DNA from: Planctomycetota bacterium
GTDB taxonomy: Bacteria > Planctomycetota > UBA1135 > UBA2386
Length of the DNA stretch: 64,000 nt
Assembly (NCBI GenBank): GCA_046290465.1
Contig: JBKAGP010000001.1
Span: 3,904,001 to 3,968,000, forward strand
Direction: 5' to 3'
The position numbers were made by a program, and so were the translations under genes. Under the pieces are notes generated by a model. The model did not search any database, was not told where the DNA came from, and worked only from the letters and a program-made list of their open reading frames with translations. Below, one piece after another: positions 49,093-57,982 of this stretch (position 1 is its first letter; every line of letters begins with the position of its first letter).

Positions 49093-50556
49093 ATGCAGCC
49101 GAGCTCCCCCACCGTCCGCCTTCTCCTCCCGTTGTTGCTCACCGCGCCCGCCCTGGCGCAGGAGGACTACGACGAGCGTCGCGCCGAGGTCGACGGGAAC
49201 GTCGTCAAGAAGCTGGTCGCGTTCGGTCGGCGGGCCACCGGCCTCAAGCAGGCCGAGATGGCGCGCGTCGCCTTCCAGATGGTCCTCGACCACTACGACT
49301 CCGACCAGCCGACGGCGCGCCGGGGGCTGGGCTTCCGCAAGGTAGGCGACGAGTGGCGCGAGGGCGCGGTCCGGCTCGGCGAGACCGTTGCCGACGCGAA
49401 GAAGGCGGCGCGGGCGCGTCGTGAGTGGGAGAAAACCCGCAAGCTGGTCAGCACGTTCCACGGCGAGTTCGGCATGGAGCTGATCGAGGCGGGACAGGTC
49501 GCGCGCGCGCACTACCAGCTCGAGCGCGCGCTGGAGTTCCAGCCCGGCGTCGAGGAGTGGCACCTAGCACTCGGCCACGAGCAGATCGACGGGTTCTTCG
49601 GGACCGCGGAGCAGGTGGCGTTCATCCGCAGGTTTCGCGAGATCCAGGCCAAGGCGCACGAGTTCTCCGAACGCGAGTACGAGGTCGAAGCGGTGCCGCA
49701 ATCGAAGATGCCCAAGGCGCTGCAGGTCTCGGGCCTCGAGTTCTTCGGCGCGCGTTCCGAGCACTTCACGCACTGGGTGGTCGAGTCGCAGGAGCATGCC
49801 TTCGAAAGCCTGCAATGGGCCGAACGGGCCTACGCATTCCGCCGCGAGGTCGCCGGGCACGCCACGCCACGACGGCCCCACCGGCACCAGCGGTACCTCG
49901 CGATCGTCCGCACCCGGGAACAGCGAGAGACGGTCCTGGCCAAGTCCCCGACCACGCGCGGCAGATACACGTTCGACCAGGCCAAGCTGTTCGGCAGCAC
50001 GCCCTACAAGGACGGCAGCGGCTGGGCCTACCTCGCCAGGTATCCACATTCGACCTCCGCCGACAACGTCGTCGGCCACGTCACCAAGCGCCACCTCGTC
50101 TCCCGCTGCAACGACGGCTTCGGTGAAGGGTGCGTGCACGCGATGACCTGGCTGCTGGTCGGCACCGTCGAGAGCTCCTACACCGATCTGCAGCACACCG
50201 TCACCAAGGACCTCGAGCCGCTGGGGCGGCATCCCGACGATTGGCGGAAGCGTCTGCAGACCGAGATCGACGCCGACAAGGACTGGCCGCTGGCACAGAT
50301 CCCGCGCGAACGCATCGAGAACTTCCGCGACTCGGCGAGGATCAAGTCGTGGAGCTTCGTGCTGTTTCTGATGGCCCGCTATCCGGACCGCTGGTTCGAG
50401 CTGGTGGCGGGCATTCCGGAGGTCCAGGGACTGACCGTCGAGAAGGTGAAGGAGTGCTTCGACGAGAAGCTCGGCGTCCGCGCGGGCGAGGTCGACGCCG
50501 AGTGGCGGGACTGGGCGCGACGCGGGTCGCGCATCGGCCGCGCGACCGACTGGTAG
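49093..50556 (+). CDS. Secreted hypothetical protein with TPR-like helices
   Basis: Signal PALA|Q; TPR-like ARAHYQLERALEFQP. Confidence 0.75.
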   Translation: MQPSSPTVRLLLPLLLTAPALAQEDYDERRAEVDGNVVKKLVAFGRRATGLKQAEMARVAFQMVLDHYDSDQPTARRGLGFRKVGDEWREGAVRLGETVADAKKAARARREWEKTRKLVSTFHGEFGMELIEAGQVARAHYQLERALEFQPGVEEWHLALGHEQIDGFFGTAEQVAFIRRFREIQAKAHEFSEREYEVEAVPQSKMPKALQVSGLEFFGARSEHFTHWVVESQEHAFESLQWAERAYAFRREVAGHATPRRPHRHQRYLAIVRTREQRETVLAKSPTTRGRYTFDQAKLFGSTPYKDGSGWAYLARYPHSTSADNVVGHVTKRHLVSRCNDGFGEGCVHAMTWLLVGTVESSYTDLQHTVTKDLEPLGRHPDDWRKRLQTEIDADKDWPLAQIPRERIENFRDSARIKSWSFVLFLMARYPDRWFELVAGIPEVQGLTVEKVKECFDEKLGVRAGEVDAEWRDWARRGSRIGRATDW

Positions 50557-50668
50557 GCGACGCGCGCCTCGGGGCAGCAAGCCCGACCGCCGCGGCTGCG
50601 CGACGCCCCGCGTGCGCAGTTCCGAAGAAACTTGCACCCCCTGGCCTGCGATGCGGATTGTGGGGGCA

Positions 50669-51184
50669 GTGAACGAAGTCCGCACGATCCGCCGCGAAGA
50701 CGTGACCCGTCTCGTGAGGCGTCACCAGACCGAGGTCTGGCGATACCTGCGCTTCCTCGGCGCGTCGGCCGAACTCGCCGACGACCTCTGCCAGGAGACG
50801 TTCTTGCAGCTGCTGCGCGCGCCCTACGAGGATCGCGGCGACGTAGCCCGCGCCTCGTGGCTACGCACGGTCGCGCGCAACCTGTTCGTCAAGTCGTTCC
50901 GTCGGCCGCCGTTCGCGCTGACCGAACTCGACCGCATCGAGGCCACCTGGTGCGAGCACGCGGGCGACGACGGCGGCGACGAATCGCTGCAGCGGCTGCG
51001 CGAATGCCTCGACCAGCTCGAAGGGCGCGCGCGCCAGGCGGTGCAGCTGCACTACGAAGAACGGCGCTCGCGCCGCGAGATCGGCGAGCGACTCGGCATC
51101 GGCGAGCAGGGCGTCAAATCGCTGCTGCGTCGCTCGCGCGACCTGCTCCGCCAGTGCGTCGAACGGGCAAGGAGGCAGTCATGA
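50669..51184 (+). CDS. ECF sigma-70 factor
   Basis: ADDLCQETFL, WLRTVARN, EIGERLGIGEQGVKSLLRR; start 50651 also possible. Confidence 0.92.
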   Translation: MNEVRTIRREDVTRLVRRHQTEVWRYLRFLGASAELADDLCQETFLQLLRAPYEDRGDVARASWLRTVARNLFVKSFRRPPFALTELDRIEATWCEHAGDDGGDESLQRLRECLDQLEGRARQAVQLHYEERRSRREIGERLGIGEQGVKSLLRRSRDLLRQCVERARRQS

Positions 51185-52836
51185 CCGATTGGGACGACCG
51201 CGTCGTCGACAGCGCGCTGCACGAACTCGCGGGCCGACGGCCCCCGGACCTGTCGGCGCGCATCCTGATCACGCTCGACGAGCAGGCGCCGGGGCCGCTG
51301 CCGCGGCTGCAGCAGCCGACCCGTTCGCCGCTGCGCTCGGTGCTGCTGGCGGCGGCGTTGATGCTGCTCGGCATGGCCGTCGCCGCGCTCGGCAGCAGCC
51401 TGTTCGTGGACGAGCCGATCACGCGCTTTCGCAAGGTCGAGGCCAAGGTGCTGGCCGGCGCGATCGAGCTGTCGGCGCCGGCGACGGGCTCGGCCCGGCA
51501 GCGCGTGCTGGTCCGCGCGGGAGAAGTCACCACCATTGCAACCGATGTCGGTGCGCGCGTGCGCACGCCGGTTGCGACGACGGTGCGGCTCGGCGTCTTT
51601 CCGACGCTGCTGACCGCGGCCGACACGGAGTTGGAGGTTCGTTCGATGGAGTTCTCGATGAAGAATGGAGTGGTTGCCGCAGCGTCGCTGACGCTCGGCG
51701 TGGTTGCCGGCATCGTTACCTGGAATGCACTCGACGGGTCGGGCACGGCGGTCGCCGGCGAGACCGTGCACCTCGAGGCCGAGGGGGTCGCCGACACGGA
51801 CCTGGCCGCGGACAACGCCCGCCTGCTGGCCCGCATCCAGCAGCTGGAACGCGAGAACCGCAGCCTGCTGACGCTGCGCGAGGAGGTCGCCAGCAAGCCG
51901 GTCGAAGCGCCATCCGAGCCGGTCGAACCGGCCACGGCCGAGCCCGTCGCCGAGCTCGCGTTCAGCGACGATCGCTATCGGGACGTGCTGAAGGACATCG
52001 ACTGGAAGCTGATGGGCGAGACCACGCTCGAGATGCAGCCGCTGATGAACGAACTGGTGCGTGCGCTCGAGGAGGACGGCGAGATCCCGCCGGAGCTGGC
52101 CGTCAAGATCGAGCAGCTCAACGCCAACCTGATCGGTCAGGTCCCGGCCCTGCTCAAGGCCGGCCTGCCCGGCAGGGGCCCCAACGGCGCCTACACGCAC
52201 CCGCTGGTCGTCTCCAACATCCTGGCCAAGACGCTGCAGGCGGCCGGCAAGCCGCTGGACCAGGCGCAGAGCGCCGCGCTGTCCGGCCTCGTCAAGTCGT
52301 TCGGCTCCGAGCTCGACAGCATCTCGGCGGGACAGTTCACGTTCGAGGCCGAGCAGCTCCAGCAGGAGATCGAGGCCAAGAACCGCTTCTACAAGGAGAT
52401 GTCGGAGCGACTGACCCCGGAGCAGTTCGCGTCGATCTACCCGAAGGGCAGCACCGAGTTCGATGGCCTGAGCCTGTTCGGTTCGGGCCTGCTGTCGCGC
52501 ACCCTGGTCCGCCCCGTTCGCGCCAACAACGCCAGCGAGTTCGCCCGCCGCGCCGGCGCGCGACTCGGCGAAGTGCTCAAGCTCAACGACGCCGACACCA
52601 CCAGGCTGCGGTCGATCATCGAGTCGGTGTCGTCGACGACCCCGGGGCTCTGGGACCATCCGGCCAGCGCCGCCGAGAGCAAGCTGAAGATGATGCGTCG
52701 CGGCCGCACGACCGCCGCGATGCGCAACCAGGTCGCGATGCTGCGCGAGATCTCGCGGCAGATGTCGCTGACGGCGGCACAGCAGCAGGAGCTGGCGACG
52801 CTGTCGGGGATCCTGGTGCCGCTGCCGGTGCCGTAG
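51181..52836 (+). CDS. Putative anti-sigma factor (TM, FecR-like segment, helical C-domain)
   Basis: ATGA overlap with ECF gene; short N-terminal domain then TM. Confidence 0.8.
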   Translation: MTDWDDRVVDSALHELAGRRPPDLSARILITLDEQAPGPLPRLQQPTRSPLRSVLLAAALMLLGMAVAALGSSLFVDEPITRFRKVEAKVLAGAIELSAPATGSARQRVLVRAGEVTTIATDVGARVRTPVATTVRLGVFPTLLTAADTELEVRSMEFSMKNGVVAAASLTLGVVAGIVTWNALDGSGTAVAGETVHLEAEGVADTDLAADNARLLARIQQLERENRSLLTLREEVASKPVEAPSEPVEPATAEPVAELAFSDDRYRDVLKDIDWKLMGETTLEMQPLMNELVRALEEDGEIPPELAVKIEQLNANLIGQVPALLKAGLPGRGPNGAYTHPLVVSNILAKTLQAAGKPLDQAQSAALSGLVKSFGSELDSISAGQFTFEAEQLQQEIEAKNRFYKEMSERLTPEQFASIYPKGSTEFDGLSLFGSGLLSRTLVRPVRANNASEFARRAGARLGEVLKLNDADTTRLRSIIESVSSTTPGLWDHPASAAESKLKMMRRGRTTAAMRNQVAMLREISRQMSLTAAQQQELATLSGILVPLPVP

Positions 52837-52861
52837 CGGGTGCGGCTCGCGCCGCTACCAG

Positions 52862-52889
52862 CGGGCTGCCGCCATCCGACGGCAGCCCG
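52862..52889. terminator. GC-rich hairpin between convergent genes
   Basis: CGGGCTGCCG-N8-CGGCAGCCCG perfect 10-bp stem; no U-tract. Confidence 0.45.
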
Positions 52890-52892
52890 GCC

Positions 52893-52941
52893 GTTCGTCG
52901 CGCCCTGTTCGTCGCGCCCTGTTCGTCGCGCCCTGTTCGTC
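52893..52941. repeat. 14-bp tandem repeat (GTTCGTCGCGCCCT x3.5)
   Basis: Read directly. Confidence 0.9.
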
Positions 52942-52964
52942 ACGCGACTGGCGCCGGCGCTAGA

Positions 52965-53051
52965 CTAGGAGCGCGTCCATGAAGCGGACGCGCTGCCAAC
53001 CGTGATTTCGGAAGAGGCGTGCACGCGTGCGGACGGGGCTTTGCCCGCTAG
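52965..53051 (-). repeat. Solo copy of the 83-bp CTAG-bounded palindromic element
   Basis: Reverse complement matches the 56325 unit with internal substitutions; CTAG at both ends. Confidence 0.9.
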
Positions 53052-55537
53052 AGCGCGCCGACCGTCAGCACGAGGGCGTTGGACGAGCTGGCCAGCACCC
53101 CACCGGGGCCGAAGACGATCGGCAGGGACTGCAGGTGCATGTCGTTGCCGACCAGCGCCGGCACCACCGGGATCGCCAGCGATGTCGCCACCGAACCGCT
53201 GCCTCCTGCGACCGCCGGAGCGAGCAGCATCTCGGCGTTGACCAGCAGGGAGCACGCGGGGTCGCTCGCGGGCACGACGGCCGCCAGCGGCAGCGACGCG
53301 GACGTCGAACCGAGCACCTGCAGCACGATCGAGCCAACCGATACGCCGTCGGTCTGGCTGCGGAAGGTGGTGCCGATCCACGGCCGATCGTCGGAACCGA
53401 GCGTGACCACACCGGCCGTCGACGCGCAGCCCTGACCGGAAACGACCACCGTCGCGGGACAGGCCGGTTGCAGGCGGAAGAAGTGCGCGCTCGGGATCGA
53501 ATCGGTCGGGCCGGCACCCGCAACCGCGAACTCGCCGACGACCGCGACCGAACCGTCGGCCGCAACCGCGAGGTCGCGGACCGGGCCCGATACCCACGCA
53601 GGCGACGTCCACGTGCTGCCGTTCCAGCGCTGCAGCGTCCGGCCACCGACGAGCAGGTCGCCTCCGGGCAGTTCGGCGAGCGCGCGCACCGGGCCCGACG
53701 GTGCCGGAGCCTGGATGGTGGTCACGTTGGTGCCGTCGAAGATGTGCAGGCGATTGGCGAGATCGCCGCCCAGCACGAGTTCGCCGCTGCTGCGCCGCAA
53801 CATCGTCCGGATCGTGTTGGGAACCCCCTGCACCTGCAGGCCCTGCAGTTCGCCGACCCAGCTCGCGCCGTTCCACCGCACGACCTGCCAGCTGGTCGCG
53901 CCGGCTGCGAACGTGCCGCCGAGCAACACATCGCCGTTGGCTTCGACCACGATCGTGCGAACCTCGCCGACGAGCCCGGTCAGTCCGGTGCCGGAGACGG
54001 TCACACCGTCCCAGGTCGCCAGCACGACCTCCTGGGTCAGGCGATCCCGACACCCGAGCACGGCATCGCCATTGATGGCGGTCGCCAGCGCCAGCGGCTC
54101 GTTGGCCACCCAGAAGGCGGGATCGAGCGGTTGCGCCGCGTTGCCGACCACGCGCACGACCGGCACCGGCGTTGCCAGACCCGCGAACGAGAACGCGCCG
54201 ATCGCGAGCACCTCCCCGTTGGGCCCGTTGGCGACGTCGGTGACCGGGATCTCCGACGCCGGCGTCACGTCCGCCCAGCCGGCGCCGTCCAACCGCGCGA
54301 TCCGCGTCGCAGCCTGGCCGCCACGGCTCGTGAATGCACCGCCGACGACCAGGGTGCCGTCAGCCGCCGCAGCGACGGCGAGCATCGGCGCTTCGGTCCC
54401 GCGCCCGAGGGCCGCCCAGCCCTGCGCGAACCTCGCAACGCGCACGGCCCGCGTGCCACCGACCTCGGTGAAGTCACCTGCCGCGAACAGCGAACCGCTG
54501 GCCAGGCGCGCGATCTGGTAGCTCGTGCCGTTGGCAGTCCAAGGCTGCAGCTGCCAACCAGCCGGGCCGAGCACGCCGAAGAACGACGCGCCGCGACACG
54601 CCAGTTGGCCGGCGGGTGTTTCGCCGAGGGTGATCCCACCGGGCGGCTGCGACGGGTGCGGTGTCCATCCCGAACCGCTCCAGAACGCGAACGGAGACGT
54701 GCCCAGCGGGCCGGCAATGTGGAGCACGCCGCCGACTTCGACCGCGCTGCTGACCCAAGCCGACAGCTGGCCGCCGGTCGTGAACGCGTTCCACTGCGTG
54801 CCGTCCCAGCGGGCGACGTGGTCGGTGACGACGCCGTCGATCGACGTGAACACTCCCGCCGCGACGACATCGCCGTTGGCCAGCAGTTCGAGGTCGAACA
54901 CGGCGCCCTCGCCGTTGACCGGGAACGACGGGAACCCCACCGGGAGGAACGTCTGCGAGACCCACGTGTCGCCAAACGGGCTCCACGCGCTGCCGTTCCA
55001 GCGAGCGAGACCGGCGGCCGCGACGCCGTCGACCTGCGTGAAGCTGCCCGCGACGATCACGTCGCCGCTCGGCAGGAACAAGATGTCGGACACGCCTGTG
55101 TCGAACGAGCCGATGTCGTCCCAGTTGGTGCCGTTCCAGCTCGACAGGCTGTAGCCCGCCGGAAACACGGAGACGCGCTGCGCAATCAGCTGGCCCTGGT
55201 CCCCTGCGTGCACCGACTGCACGAAGCCGGGCAGCGGCGACGGAAACCGCTCGAAGCGAGACGCCACGGGATCGTAGATCGCGACCCCGGGTGAGTAGAC
55301 GTCGCCCGCCACGACGAAGTCGCCGCCGAGCACGAGTCGCTCGGCCTCCGGCCCGGGACCGTCGGGATCCCAAGGCACGATGCTGCACCAATCGCCGTAG
55401 GGGAAGCCAGCCCCATCGACGCCGGGAAAGCCGAGCCCCGCGACGGCGACGGGAGCGCATGGCGACTGGCTAGGGAGGGTAGACGCAAGCAACGCCGCGA
55501 TCGTCACGCTGGCGCTGCGCCGGAGGGAGGTCTGCAT
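53048..55537 (-). CDS. Large secreted beta-propeller repeat protein with shared C-terminal domain
   Basis: G.F...G...ARW(N/D)G..W repeats; C-terminal IPVVPALVGNDMHLQS..SSN. Confidence 0.88.
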   Translation of the reverse strand: MQTSLRRSASVTIAALLASTLPSQSPCAPVAVAGLGFPGVDGAGFPYGDWCSIVPWDPDGPGPEAERLVLGGDFVVAGDVYSPGVAIYDPVASRFERFPSPLPGFVQSVHAGDQGQLIAQRVSVFPAGYSLSSWNGTNWDDIGSFDTGVSDILFLPSGDVIVAGSFTQVDGVAAAGLARWNGSAWSPFGDTWVSQTFLPVGFPSFPVNGEGAVFDLELLANGDVVAAGVFTSIDGVVTDHVARWDGTQWNAFTTGGQLSAWVSSAVEVGGVLHIAGPLGTSPFAFWSGSGWTPHPSQPPGGITLGETPAGQLACRGASFFGVLGPAGWQLQPWTANGTSYQIARLASGSLFAAGDFTEVGGTRAVRVARFAQGWAALGRGTEAPMLAVAAAADGTLVVGGAFTSRGGQAATRIARLDGAGWADVTPASEIPVTDVANGPNGEVLAIGAFSFAGLATPVPVVRVVGNAAQPLDPAFWVANEPLALATAINGDAVLGCRDRLTQEVVLATWDGVTVSGTGLTGLVGEVRTIVVEANGDVLLGGTFAAGATSWQVVRWNGASWVGELQGLQVQGVPNTIRTMLRRSSGELVLGGDLANRLHIFDGTNVTTIQAPAPSGPVRALAELPGGDLLVGGRTLQRWNGSTWTSPAWVSGPVRDLAVAADGSVAVVGEFAVAGAGPTDSIPSAHFFRLQPACPATVVVSGQGCASTAGVVTLGSDDRPWIGTTFRSQTDGVSVGSIVLQVLGSTSASLPLAAVVPASDPACSLLVNAEMLLAPAVAGGSGSVATSLAIPVVPALVGNDMHLQSLPIVFGPGGVLASSSNALVLTVGAL

Positions 55538-55663
55538 CAGACAGCCTTGGTCTGGAGCAGGCGGGGCACGGAACGGCGGGGGGCAGGAGCCGACCTTCCC
55601 GTCTGCAGGGGTCCTTCGAGATGGTAGCTGGATCATCGCCGGGCGGCCACCGGCGGATGCGCG

Positions 55664-56083
55664 CTACCAGTGTCCCGTGTTCGCCATCGACGCCCACGGC
55701 TCCGCCGGGGCCAGCGCCTCGCCGCGCTGCAGCAGTTCGATCGAGATGTTGTCCGGCGATCGCACGAAGGCCATGCGGCCATCGCGCGGCGGACGGTTGA
55801 TCGTCACCCCCCCATCCATCAGCCGCTGGCACATCCCGTAGATGTCGTCGACCTCGTAGGCCAGATGACCGAAGTTGCGGCCCTCGCCGTAGTCCTCGGG
55901 GTCCCAGTTGTAGGTCAGCTCGACCTGCGCCTCCTCGTCGCCGGGCGCCGCGAGGAAGACGAGCGTGAAGCGGCCCTTCTCACTCTCCTTGCGCCGGATC
56001 TCCACGAGACCGAGGTGCTTGCAATAGAACTCGAGCGACTGGTCGATGTCGGTGACGCGCACCATCGTGTGCAGGTACTTCAT
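55664..56083 (-). CDS. gloA: Lactoylglutathione lyase (glyoxalase I, VOC family)
   Basis: [33 protein letters not shown]. Confidence 0.88.
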   Translation of the reverse strand: MKYLHTMVRVTDIDQSLEFYCKHLGLVEIRRKESEKGRFTLVFLAAPGDEEAQVELTYNWDPEDYGEGRNFGHLAYEVDDIYGMCQRLMDGGVTINRPPRDGRMAFVRSPDNISIELLQRGEALAPAEPWASMANTGHW

Positions 56084-56324
56084 GGGCTGGCGGGGTGTTG
56101 CGGGTGTCGACGGTTCGGGGTGCGGATCGGAGCACCTGCGGATCGTGGCGCCTGACCATCCGCGCGACGGGCGCACCCGTCAAGGCGCCGTCGAGACCGG
56201 CCGATCCGGCGGATCGTTCGAGATGGCGACCGGGATACGGGCCGACGGTGGCAACGCCGACGAGGTCATCGACGAACGAGAAGCGCGCCTCCTGCGTCGC
56301 GCCCGCATCCGCCTGACGCGCGCC

Positions 56325-56743
56325 CCTAGCGGGCAAAGCCCCGTCCGCACGCGTACTCGCCACTTCCGCGATCACGGTTGGCAGCGCGTCCACTACATGG
56401 ACGCGCTCCTAGCGGGCAAAGCCCCGTCCGCACGCGTACTCGCCGCTTCCGCGATCACGGTTGGCAGCGCGTCCACTACATGGACGCGCCGAGCGGGCAA
56501 AGCCCCGTCCGCACGCGTACTCGCCGCTTCCGCGATCACGGTTGGCAGCGCGTCCACTACATGGACGCGCTCCTAGCGGGCAAAGCCCCGTCCGCACGCG
56601 TACTCGCCGCTTCCGCGATCACGGTTGGCAGCGCGTCCACTACATGGACGCGCTCCTAGCGGGCAAAGCCCCGTCCGCACGCGTACTCGCCGCTTCCGCG
56701 ATCACGGTTGGCAGCGCGTCCACTACATGGACGCGCTCCTAGC
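56325..56743 (+). repeat. Five tandem copies of the 81-83 bp CTAG-bounded element (REP/MITE-like)
   Basis: Units start at 56325, 56408, 56489, 56572, 56655; each has hairpin AGCGCGTCCA-N5-TGGACGCGCT. Confidence 0.95.
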
Positions 56744-57755
56744 AGAGAATGCGCGTGACCTCTTCGCGCACGATCGGGATCAGCAGATCGGCGAGCTGGC
56801 GGTTGGCGTAGAACGCGAACGACATGTTGGTCGTGATGTCGAGCGGCGCGTCCAGTGGCTGGCCGAACGGATCGCAAACGACGCAACCGGCCTGCTGCCC
56901 GACGAGCCACGTCGACAGGTCGTACGGCCGGCACGCCAGCGCCGACTCGATGCCGAGCTTGCGGTAGACGAGCGGTCGCAGGTCGAGCACGAAGCGGTCG
57001 CGTCCGAGCATGACCTCGGCGAGTTGGCCGCCGGTCGAGATGTATTGGTCCGTGTAGACCTCGGCCTTCTCCGGATTCCATCCCCCAAGCGCCCGTGTGA
57101 GGATCGCCTCGTCGAGCTCGGCGATCAGCGTCTTGCCGCCGGGGAAGAAGTTGGCGACCGACGCGAAGCCGTGCTTCACGTGGTCTTTCGTGCTCGGCAG
57201 GATGCGCAGCGGGGCGGTCGTGTCGCGCACCACGTCGTGCCGTTCTGCCTGCGCCGGCTGGCCCGCCACCGCCCAGACGACATCACTGATGTGCTGCCGG
57301 GTCGTCGGCAGTTCGGTCATCACCGCGACCTCGACGTCCTGCAGCCGCGTCTCGGAACCGTTGTCCGGCGCCGCCCCCATCAGGCACCAGCCGCTGCGCT
57401 TGTCGAACATCAGCCCACGCGTCCCGTCGATCGGATCGACGAGCAACCGAAACGGCGGCCCCCCGACCCCCGGCCGCCCGAACTCGACCCCGTCCGTCGG
57501 CAACCCTTCGCCCACCAGCCGGAAGTGCTGCTCCTCGCCCCACCGCTCGCAGTAGCGCAGCAGTATCTCCTCGACCTCGACATCGATCCCGAAGATCGTG
57601 TCGCCTTCGTCGTCGCGCGCGGCCCGCGCCATGTGCTCGATCGTCTGCGTCTCCATGTGCTGACGAAGCGCGCTGCGGATCTCGACCTGGAGGTCGCGCA
57701 GCCGCGGAACGAGGGTGCGATGGTCGAGTTTGGTCATGGTCGAAGGCGCCGGCAT
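56739..57755 (-). CDS. Inositol monophosphatase/FIG family protein
   Basis: GDTIFGID, VGEG, LVDPIDGTRGL, PYD motifs. Confidence 0.85.
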   Translation of the reverse strand: MPAPSTMTKLDHRTLVPRLRDLQVEIRSALRQHMETQTIEHMARAARDDEGDTIFGIDVEVEEILLRYCERWGEEQHFRLVGEGLPTDGVEFGRPGVGGPPFRLLVDPIDGTRGLMFDKRSGWCLMGAAPDNGSETRLQDVEVAVMTELPTTRQHISDVVWAVAGQPAQAERHDVVRDTTAPLRILPSTKDHVKHGFASVANFFPGGKTLIAELDEAILTRALGGWNPEKAEVYTDQYISTGGQLAEVMLGRDRFVLDLRPLVYRKLGIESALACRPYDLSTWLVGQQAGCVVCDPFGQPLDAPLDITTNMSFAFYANRQLADLLIPIVREEVTRILC

Positions 57756-57776
57756 GGTATACCGATCGACCCCCGA

Positions 57777-57853
57777 GGGCCCTTAGCTCAATTGGTCAGA
57801 GCCGGCGGCTCATACCCGCTAGGTTGCAGGTTCGAGTCCTGCAGGGCCTACCA
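57777..57853 (+). tRNA. tRNA with CAT anticodon, most like tRNA-Ile2
   Basis: Cloverleaf: GGGCCCT/AGGGCCT acceptor, TAGCTCAATTGG D-arm, GGCGG-CTCATAC-CCGCT, GGTTCGAGTCC, ACCA end. Confidence 0.93.
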
Positions 57854-57917
57854 CTCGGATCGTGCGCGGATGGCGCGTAGTTGCCGATTCGCGGGGGGTG
57901 CGCTCTTCGGGAAGGGC

Positions 57918-57982
57918 GAGTGTGCAACAGAGTGTGCAATGGCCTCGGTCACAAGCTGGCACGGCGTGGCACAACGTGGCAC
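57918..57982 (+). repeat. Putative integrase arm-type / excisionase binding repeats
   Basis: GAGTGTGCAA at 57918 and 57930; TGGCAC at 57957, 57967, 57977. Confidence 0.55.

Noticed and set aside
49093..50556. Active zinc metallopeptidase
   Set aside because: No HExxH; only a degenerate GHVTKRH...EG pattern
297..55294. Long antisense or off-frame ORFs (e.g. 6027..8912, 34193..37573, 36235..39528, 46427..48982, 53027..55294)
   Set aside because: Shadow ORFs expected in high-GC DNA; they overlap genes with clear motifs and have no motifs of their own
56325..56743. CRISPR array
   Set aside because: Units are near-identical over their whole 81-83 bp with no unique spacers, and there are no cas genes
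57777..57853. Initiator tRNA-fMet
   Set aside because: Lacks the C1 mismatch and the three consecutive G-C anticodon-stem pairs; resembles Ile2, though elongator Met is not fully excluded
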